The position numbers and the translations under genes are program-made. From Octopus sinensis (taxonomy: Eukaryota): a stretch of 64,000 bases of DNA. Location of the stretch: positions 60,574,001 through 60,638,000 of the forward strand of contig NC_043004.1 of NCBI RefSeq assembly GCF_006345805.1. The letters are read 5' to 3'. Positions within the stretch are counted from its first letter, which is position 1, and the number at the start of each line of letters is the position of its first letter. Below, in pieces: positions 54,579-64,000 of the stretch. The notes below the pieces were generated by a model. It made no database searches and was not told where the DNA came from. It saw only the letters and a program-made list of their open reading frames with translations.

Positions 54579-54609
<31 letters not shown>

Positions 54610-55000
54610 CTATGTATGTATGTATGTATGTATGTATGTATGTATGTATGTATGTATGTATGTATGTATGTATCTACGTATGTATTTATGTATGTATGTA
54701 TGTATGTATGTATCTACGTATGTATTTATGTATGTATGTATATATGTATGTATATATGTATGTATATATGTATGTATGTACGTATATATGTATGTATCTA
54801 CGTATGTATGTATGTATGTATGTATGTATGTATGTATGTATGTATATATGTATGTATGTATCTACGTATGTATGTATGTATGTATGTATGTATGTATCTA
54901 CGTGTGTATGTATGTATGTATGTATGTATGCATGCATGTATATAAGAATATATGTATGTATGTATATATGTATGTATGCATGTATGTATGCATTTATGTA
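54463..55000 (+). repeat. (TATG)n microsatellite
   Basis: ~540-bp TATG tract with TATCTACG variants; source of the MYVC ORFs. Confidence 0.96.
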
Positions 55001-55113
55001 TCTCTCTCTCTCTCTCTGAGTATATATATATATATATATTTGCGTACATATACATACATACACATATACATATATGTATGTGTGTATGTGTGAGTGTGTG
55101 TTAATGTGTGTGT

Positions 55114-55171
<58 letters not shown>

Positions 55172-57179
55172 TATTAGAACAATTTTCTGCCCAACGCATG
55201 TGTGTAAGAGTATTCAGTTTTAGTTAGAGAGCACAGCTTAGAAAGGAAAATGTTGTAGCTATTACGGTCCACTTATATTCTATTCCTTACATTATCAGAA
55301 ATGATTCATCGTCAAACAACTCTCAAAAGCTTACTTGAATGTGTCTTAAAAGGTGTGCATTTAAAACTTAAATTATCTCGAGGCCTCGCTGCAGTTTATT
55401 AAATTTTAGTGAAAAATTATAGCTGAAAGCTTCGATGAATCAGTCACACCTTTGATTACTATCTGACATATTTGCTACTGAGGGGATTCTTTTTGCATTT
55501 GTTAATATATTTATTGCTTTCGGAGTTAAGATTTGAGTATTATACTGAAGTAGAAGAATAAAAGTGTCATCATATGTAACCTGTCAAAAGGTTTGTCAGT
55601 TTATCAAATTATAATTTCCTTTAATCAGTGCAGCTTTTCCTACATTAACATGTTGAGTAATTTTCAGCAAGCAGAAATCCTAAAAGCAAACGCTCTCTTT
55701 TCACATAATGTGTACAAATTATTTACAAGTAACGCGTCGAGAAATTCTATATAATTTTAATGAGTATCTCGATATATACCTGCATGTACCTGCGTACGTT
55801 TTTGTATATGTATATAAACGGGTGTGTGTGTGTGTGTGCATATGCATGTGTGTATGTGTGCATATGCAAGGTTGTGTACGTGAGTGTATGCATTGTTGGT
55901 GCACTATGGCCGACTGGTTCAGAATTTTCTCGTTCACAAGTTCTCTGTTTCAACTCGACAGTAGCGAATTTTAGGTAAACATATTATATAGCGGTCTTAT
56001 AACAAACATGATCTTATAAACGACATTAAAATTCACTCCCTAACAATTAATGATATATATATAATGTCAAATGGAAGTGTCCATTCACTAACTTAGTTAG
56101 TGAAAACTATTCGTTGCCTTTTATTCAGTAATTAATGACAACAATAACTACTGTAAAAGTGTATGAATTGGAGGGCAAACGCTGCAATATTTCACTTTAT
56201 CTAATGAAAATGAGAAGAGAAAATAGACCCGGTAAGATCTGTAACAGAAAATATGTAGTGCATTAGATGAATTTTCGAAATGAAAAGCAAATTACTTTGC
56301 TGTAGTTGTACCGGTTCACTGCGCTGTAGCTTCAGACCCCATCGATGTCAACTTTGCCATACATTTTTTCGGATTGGAGAGGGTAGAAAACAGGCAGAAA
56401 TTTTTACACTGTAGAACAAGATGTTTTGCGGAATTTGATTCGGTATTTTCGTTCTGAATACGCGCGTAGTAGATTTAATCTGCTACTTATCTTTACATCC
56501 CCATCATTGATCCGTTGATGAATTTAACGGCGCTCACACACTTGAAGGATAATAGCCAAGGCTTTAGTTTCAGAATATCTTTTTGTTTCTTTCTCCCACC
56601 CATATCGGAGATTTGGAAAGTTTCTATTATGGGTGCTGTCGTTATCCGTCAGTAAAATTTGATTAGGGATTTCCTTAACTTATGTATCAAATGTAATATA
56701 TCGGACACATATTTCCTTGGCGTCCAAGCTTCTTATATGATATACATCTCCAAAGTTTTCAAAAGCGACAGTAACTTGGAACTCATGAAAGGGACATCTG
56801 ATGATATTCGGATTGTATGAAACAAGGGTTAAATATAAATTCCAAAAACAAATACGGGCATTACGAACCAAGATGAGAAAAAGATTCACAAATTTTTAAA
56901 AACATTCAGTAGAATTTTAAATTACTGATCCTGTGTCCTTTGTAGTGATGCCAACAGAATATAGTTAAATTCTCATGCTACATTCCGATTTTGGTGTTGA
57001 ATTTCCCAGCAGCTCTTTCTTCAGTACGAAATGCGCAAAACCTGTGTTCAATTTTGCGCATACAATTTACATATTTACATGCAAATTTGTGTATACCGAT
57101 CTACATGCATTTTGCAAACATAGATTTTCAACTGGTAGAGACGCTGGTAGAGAGAATTATAGCACGCAAGTTGCTGTGC

Positions 57180-57212
<33 letters not shown>

Positions 57213-57216
<4 letters not shown>

Positions 57217-57421
57217 CATCCAAACAAGGAAGCACAACAAAACACAACAACGCGAGGACGTGGAACAAAAATAGTATTATTGGACGCTCAGGAAAGAAGG
57301 AAAGAAGGAGGGTTTAACGTTTCGAGCGGAGCTCTTCGTCGGAAACGGGAGAGAGACAGATCCAGAGAATGGAAGACAGACGAAAAAAAATCGCCAACGG
57401 TACACACGAGGTCACATTTTG

Positions 57422-57424
<3 letters not shown>
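57213..57424 (-). mobile_element. (TA)n-flanked pseudo-LTR-like fragment with a minimal hammerhead motif
   Basis: Minus strand 57346-57312: GUUU-CCGACGA-A-GAGCuccGCUC-GAAA-CG-UU-AAAC. Confidence 0.65.
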
Positions 57425-57457
<33 letters not shown>

Positions 57458-57640
57458 ATATGTTATATTGTGTGTGTGTGGTGTGTGTGCGTGTATACAC
57501 TTATTTAGTGAGTAAACAAACCGAGAAGGTTGAAACGAAAACTACACAAACACAAATTAAGGGATCTTGTACCCACGTGAATTCACATACTTCTTTATTT
57601 CTCTCACATTCCTTCTCTGTATATATATATATAATATATA

Positions 57641-57678
<38 letters not shown>

Positions 57679-57687
57679 TCCCTCCTA

Positions 57688-57725
<38 letters not shown>

Positions 57726-58129
57726 TCTCACACACACCACATATATATACAGTGTGCACTTATATGTATAATTTTTGTTATTGTAAAAGTCTAAAAGGTG
57801 ACTGGAAATGATACGTTCAGCTATTTTCATTGCATTTTTATATGCCTCTTTCAAAAATATGATTAGCTTTGCCATTCATTAAGTTGGCGCTCACTAGTTA
57901 TAGGCTGGGGTGAACGAAATTGAGTGTGACAATAGAAAGTTCGTTACCACCTGGCTGTCACAAATTACTTATTGCAAACTATATTAGCTATACAAACACA
58001 AACACACACACACACGCATATACGCACACACAAATGAACATATATATATTATATATGTGTGATATATGTGTATACATGCATATGTGTGTATATAAAAGCA
58101 TACATATAACATATATATATATAATATTA

Positions 58130-58165
<36 letters not shown>

Positions 58166-58432
58166 TATATATATATATATAATATATATATATTATAATA
58201 TATAATATATGTCTATATATACCGTAAGCACATGTTCAGCACCAAACGAGGATAAATAATAATTATTATATTATAAATTATATAATTACCTCATTTTGTG
58301 ACGATGAATAATTATTTCATCAAATTGGGAGAGGATCATTAATCTGATATAGGCTTATGGGAACGACGCTCGTCCCTAATTTTGAACAGTTGGTGAATAT
58401 TATATTTAGTATTATTATCATCATCATCATCA

Positions 58433-58496
<64 letters not shown>

Positions 58497-58498
58497 GA

Positions 58499-58544
<46 letters not shown>

Positions 58545-59404
58545 GATTGTTATCATTATCATTATTATTATTTTGTTTATATTTTATTATTATTATTATT
58601 ATTTATTGTCATTATCATTAATTTTATCATTATTGTTAATATTGTCGTTTTTATTATTATTAATATTAGGTAGAAGAGAAGGAGAGGAGAAGGCCTTTAT
58701 TGTTGTTGTCAGTGCCGTTAATGATTCTGTTCCTTCATTATTATTTCTTTATATGGTTTCTTTTAATTACAAATCTATCTATATATGAAAATTATTGAGC
58801 TTTGCATTAGCGCCCATATTCTTGGTAATATAACTTATTACTCTCTTATATCCACTTAAAGGGAGTTACGAATTATCGATTGAAAATAAATAAATTTCTT
58901 TTGAAATGCACACACATATGCACAAATACACACGTGCACATACACGCGCACAAACACATACATACTCACACATAAAAAACCACACACATATATATACATA
59001 TAAATATAAATAGATATATATGAATGACATATTATATATATATATATATATATATAAATACACATGCACACACATACATACATGGTAGATAGATAGTCGC
59101 ATACATGCATACATACATACGTACATACATACATACATACATACATACATACATACATACATACATACATACATACATACATACATACATGCATGCATTT
59201 ATGCATAGAGATTGTCGTCTTCTTGTGCTTCCATGTTGTCACTAGCGTTTTCCTGACTCTTCCTTCAGGACCAGATCTGCATGGTGAGAAGTATAGGTGA
59301 TAGACGAAATTTGTAACTGTGCGTTTCCAGCTGGTAAGATTTGCAGGTCTGCAACGTTGGCAGGTGTTCTATTGCCATAGGTCTCTCAGTATATGAGATA
59401 TCAA

Positions 59405-59840
59405 AGGCAGGAAGTTGGCAGAAACGTTAGCACGCCGGGCGAAAATGCTTTGCGGTATTTCGTCTGTACATTTACATCCTGAGTTCAAATTACACCGAGG
59501 TCGACTTTGCCTTTCGTTCTTTCGGGGGTCGATAAATAAAGTAACAGTTACGCACTGGGGTCAATGTAATCGACTTCATATCTTTGTCTGTCCTTGTTTT
59601 TCTTCTCTATGTTTAGCCCCTTGTGGGCAATAAAAAAATAAGAAAGGTTAGCACGCCATCGAAAATGCTTAGTGGTATTTCGTCTGACTTTACGTTCTGA
59701 GTTTAAATTCCACCGAGCTGGACTTTGCCTTTCATTCTTACGGAGTCAAAAAATTAAGTACCAGTTGCGTACTGGGATCGATCTAATTGATTAGCGCCCC
59801 CTCCCCAAATATTTCGGGCCTTGTGCCAAGAGTAGAAAAG
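59405..59840 (+). mobile_element. Family C SINE dimer
   Basis: Two head-plus-core units joined at GGGCAATAAAAAAATAAGAAAGGTTAGCACGCC. Confidence 0.82.
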
Positions 59841-61540
59841 TGTATATGAGATATCAAATGAGGTCAAAATAAAGAGATATTTCCGTAATTGGATTAAAGT
59901 TATAAACGCTTGTACTACACGAGTGACCCTTTCTGAATCTCCGTCATTAGTACCTAGTGACAGGCCTAAGATGACTGGTAGTTACATGAAACCGTAGGGT
60001 TTACATCAGGGAATCTCTCTCCTAGAGGGATATAGTCCAGTGTCCCTTTTTCTCATTGGTTTAACTGCGCGCTTTGACATCAATCAACAATATTTCTACG
60101 TCCCCGCGTTCAGACGCAATATCGTCATATATACCAGTCAACCCACAGCTAGGACTCAGACAGTTGCTATTATTAAGGGTCAGAATAGACCTGAGAACTG
60201 GAAACCACAGCGGTTACGAAGTGGTTCATCATTCTTCAAATCTGAGATTTCCCGAACCAGTGACCCTCCCGGCATCAGTTTAAAGTCAGGTCCACGACAT
60301 GCATGCATACATGCATACTTCATACCTACATATTTATATTTACTTCCTACCAATGTTCATTGAGCTACGCATTTAAGTCAATAAGTTCCTAAACCACAAT
60401 CTGAAGAAGTTAGAATTTTCAAGCATAGAAAAAACCGGCTAACGCATCATCTACAGATGCAGTGTGTAAGTAAAACGGGAAATATATGCAAATATTTGGA
60501 TATGAAAGGATAATCGGTGTTATTTCCCAAAGTGAAATATAGGAAATTTTGTTTCTTTGTTAGAATCCTGCTCCCTTATTGTCGGAAGAATACCAGCATG
60601 TAATGAGAGATACATCAATATATGCCTACACACACTTACACACATGCGTGTACATATGTATGCATGAATGTATGTGTGTACAACATGTATGTATATGTAT
60701 ATGTGTGTGTGCGGTGTTTCCTAGCATTTTCCTCGTCTTATTCAGATTCAAATTCATAAAACATCAATGAAAATCAAGTGACTATTGATTATAATCGACT
60801 GTACTCTCTCTAAAATATTTGACCAGTCACCTTGGTTGCAATGCAATATTATCGTTAATAGATTGTAATAGTACGGACGCTAGCATGAATATAGTCACCG
60901 TTTTCTCATAGCATGGACAAAAGTTTCTATTCGGAGGCTTGCAAGTAAAATAGCATAACAAACATGCAACAGTATAGCTATCAGCTTTTTATACTATCCT
61001 CAACAGATTGTAATGGCATGAGCACAAGTTTGTTGTAGTATGATAACCAGCTCATAATCCTATGGACACCAGCTTGTGATAGTATAGTCCCCAGCTAGAA
61101 CAACTATGGCCATATACATATAATAGAATGGCTACCACTTTTTAATACTATTCTCACTAAACTGCAATAGTAAGACCATGAGCTTGTAATTTTATTGTTA
61201 CCAGCTTAAAATTGTATGACCAGCAACTTATAATTGTTAGACCATCAGCTGGCAATAGTGTGAGGAACAACTTTTGACCACATAAAGTGTAACTCGTCTG
61301 TTTCGACGTCATGTAATTTCGTTCGTTCAGGTGAAATCCATATTCATTAAATTACCGTGTGTGTGGATAAATTTTCTCAATATTCAACAAACATGTATAT
61401 TCTTGATATGATCCATGAGTAAGCCAGGCATTTGGCTGAATAAGTAGCACGCTTGGTAAAACGCTTAGCGGCATTTCGTCCGCTTTTACTTTCTGAGTTC
61501 AAATTCTGCTATGGCATTTGAGTACTGAGGTCAATCTAAT

Positions 61541-61952
61541 CTCTTTTACTCTTTTACTTGTTCCAGTCATTTGTCTGCGGCCATGCTGGAGCACCACCTT
61601 TAGTCAAGCAAATCGACCTCAGGACTTATTCTTTGTAAGCCTAGTACTTATTCTATCGGTCTCTTTTGCCGAACTGCTAAGTTACGGGGACGTAAACACA
61701 CCCCCACTGGTTGTCAAGCGATGTTGGGGAGGGGGAACACAGACACACAAACACACATACACACATACATATATATATAAACATATATGCGACGAGCTTC
61801 TTTCAGTTTCTGTCTACCACATCCACTCAAAAGGATTTGGTCGGCCCGAGGCTATAATAGAGGACACTTGCCCAAGTTGCCATGCAGTGGGAATGAACCC
61901 GGAACCCTGTGGTTGAGAAGCAAGCTACTTACCACACAGCCACTCATGCGCC
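61541..61952 (-). mobile_element. Family B SINE, full length, inserted in a family C SINE remnant
   Basis: Ends TTACCACACAGCCACTCATGCGCC (reverse complement of the head); family C pieces at ~61440-61540 and 61953-62000. Confidence 0.85.
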
Positions 61953-62715
61953 TAATTGACTAATCCTTCCTCTGAAATTGCTGGCCTTCTGCCAAAACCT
62001 GAAGGCAGTATAATCCACGAACAAAAAATGTGACACGTTGATGGAGAGGAGTGAAAGAAATCGAATTACAAATCTAATTAATTCTATCTCATCAATTTTT
62101 CTCGTAGTGCTGGCATCAATTCGAGGATTCAGTGAAACTCACTAACACACTCAGTGGGTTCGAAACCGGTTTATTGTGATTTTGAAATGAACCTCCTCAG
62201 ACTTCGACCATCTTACGTTAATCGATCTCGTATAATCTTGTGATAAGCACAGTTACCAACCTACACAATAATACCTACCCGTATATATATATTATTGTAG
62301 CAAACGACTCAGATATGATCACAAACTGATTGCATATAAAATCATTCAAGAATTAAGCAATACGCTTATACATATTAAGATATGCATGCATGCTTGTATG
62401 TATGTATGTATGTATATGCATAAATGTATGTATATATATAATATATATTATATAATATAAGTTAACAATTAAGGATAATCTCTTAATAAGGGATCTTAAC
62501 AAGAAATTATCGGGTAGTTAGCGTGAAAACCTCATAAAAGAAAAGAATTCGAAATAATTTTTTTCTTTTGAACAAATTAATTATATCTATATTGTATAGA
62601 GGGCATTATTACACATAAATGCCTCACACTAAGAGGGACAAAGTCATTACTACCAAAATTATACTAATCATACCTAAATGCAGTTTTTCAAAGCAAGACA
62701 TTCAAAAATGAATTT

Positions 62716-62773
62716 AGTTCTGTATCACCGTGATTTCACATTCAACTTACGTCTTATGATCATCAGCAGAACT
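62716..62773 (-). ncRNA. Type I hammerhead ribozyme (copy 1)
   Basis: AGUUCUG-CUGAUGA-U-CAU(aagacguaaguuga)AUG-U-GAAA-UCACgGUGA-UA-CAGAACU: 7-bp stem I, intact core, palindromic stem III, AUA cleavage triplet. Confidence 0.82.
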
Positions 62774-63191
62774 GATTCTGAACACGTCATAAATAAACTA
62801 CCAACTTACGTAGCGAAGACGAACAGACAACTGCCCACTCCGGCCAAGCACATGGAATGTTTATAAATCATATATCCGGTAAATGGCGGGCTTTCTACGA
62901 ACTGCATGTCGGGTAATGAAAAGTATTTCGGAATAAGTTTAACAATTAAGGATAATCTCTTAATAAGGGATCTTAACAAGAAATTATCGGGTAGTTAGCG
63001 TGAAAACCTCATAAAAGAAAAGAATTCGAAATAATTTTTTTCTTTTGAACAAATTAATTATATCTATATGTATAGAGGGCATTATTACACATAAATGCCT
63101 CACACTAAGAGGGACAAAGTCATTACTACCAAAATTATACTAATCATACCTAAATGCAGTTTTTCAAAGCAAGACATTTAAAAATGAATTT

Positions 63192-63248
63192 AGTTCTGTA
63201 TCACCGTGATTTCACATTCAACTTACGTCTTATGATCATCAGAGAACT
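63192..63248 (-). ncRNA. Type I hammerhead ribozyme (copy 2)
   Basis: Same core; one base missing from the 5' strand of stem I next to the core. Confidence 0.7.
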
Positions 63249-63663
63249 GATTTGACACATCATAAATAAACTACCAACCTTACGTAGCGAAGACGAACAG
63301 ACAACTGCCCACTCCGGCCAAGCACATGGAATGTTTATAAATCATATACCCGTAAATGGCGGGCTTTCTACGAACTGCATGTCGGGTAATGAAAAGTATT
63401 TCGGAATAAGTTTAACAATTAAGGATAATCTCTTAATAAGGGATCTTAACAAGAAATTATCGGGTAGTTAGCGTGAAAACCTCATAAAAGAAAAGAATTC
63501 GAAATAATTTTTTTCTTTTGAACAAATTAATTATCTCTATATTGTAAGAGGGCATTATTACACATAAATGCCTCACACTAAGAGGGACAAGTCATTACTA
63601 CCAAAATTATACTAATCATACCTAAATGCAGTTTTTCAAAGCAAGACATTTAAAAATGAATTT

Positions 63664-63721
63664 AGTTCTGTATCACCGTGATTTCACATTCAACTTACGT
63701 CTTATGATCATCAGAAGAACT
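63664..63721 (-). ncRNA. Type I hammerhead ribozyme (copy 3)
   Basis: Same core; U/C mismatch at the stem I position next to the core. Confidence 0.7.
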
Positions 63722-63926
63722 GATTCTGAACACATCATAAATAAACTACCAACCTTACGTAGCGAAGACGAACAGACAACTGCCCACTCCGGCCAGCAAG
63801 CAATGGAATGTTATAAATCATATATCCGGTAAATGGCGGGCTTTCTACGAACTGCATGTCGGGTAATGAAAAGTATTTCGGAATAAGTTTACAATTAAGG
63901 ATAATCTCTTAATAAGGGATCTTAAC

Positions 63927-64000
63927 AAGTGAATGTGAATCACGGTGATACAGAACTAAATTCATTTTTAAATGTCTTGCTTTGAAAAACTGCATTTAGG
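63927..64000 (+). repeat. Inverted partial copy of the tandem unit (runs off the window)
   Basis: GAATGTGAATCACGGTGATACAGAACTAAATTCATTTTTAAATGTCTTGCTTTGAAAAACTGCATTTAGG is the reverse complement of 63621-63691, with one A missing. Confidence 0.9.

Larger units (their letters stand above)
62459..63929 (-). repeat. ~475-bp head-to-tail tandem array (3 full units plus a partial), retrozyme or Penelope pseudo-LTR type
   Basis: AACAATTAAGG at 62464, 62941 and 63414, and again at ~63891; abuts a (TA)-rich tract at its minus-strand 3' end. Confidence 0.95.

Noticed and set aside
54350-55093. Long ORFs (247, 188 and 153 aa) and similar low-complexity ORFs across the window
   Set aside because: Translations of (TATG)n, (TA)n, (GAA)n, (ATT)n and (GAT)n microsatellites; no coding evidence
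56400-57180. Possible ancient mariner remnant on the minus strand
   Set aside because: Only faint resemblance; no TIRs or catalytic motif readable
62629-62673. Possible 45-nt intron (GTATGA...CTCTTAG) after ATG-TCT-TGC in the tandem unit, as in Penelope pseudo-LTRs
   Set aside because: Very short and no downstream ORF; cannot be supported without transcripts
62678-62866. 62-aa ORF repeated in the tandem units
   Set aside because: Antisense to the ribozyme and frameshifted differently between copies
62459-63929. CRISPR-like array
   Set aside because: Whole units are repeated with no unique spacers, and the context is eukaryotic

Overview
AT-rich, microsatellite-dense animal non-coding DNA. 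The SINE families and the repeat landscape suggest a cephalopod, probably Octopus; this is inference. I found no convincing host protein-coding gene, and most listed ORFs are microsatellite artefacts. The window is mostly transposon remains: three tRNA-derived SINE families, a full-length but disrupted Tc1 with DD36E spacing, an internally deleted mariner, non-autonomous Helitrons plus a Helitron Pif1-helicase relic, fragments of R4/Dong-like, RTE, Penelope (GIY-YIG) and Ty3/Gypsy elements, and an ORF1-only (CCHC knuckle) LINE-like unit. The strongest signal is a ~475-bp head-to-tail tandem array at 62.46-64.0 kb. Every unit carries a type I hammerhead ribozyme fold on the minus strand, and the array ends in an inversion, as in a retrozyme or Penelope pseudo-LTR array. 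Several other short (TA)n-embedded elements also carry minimal or degenerate hammerhead motifs. All coordinates were read by eye, so element boundaries are approximate unless termini are quoted.
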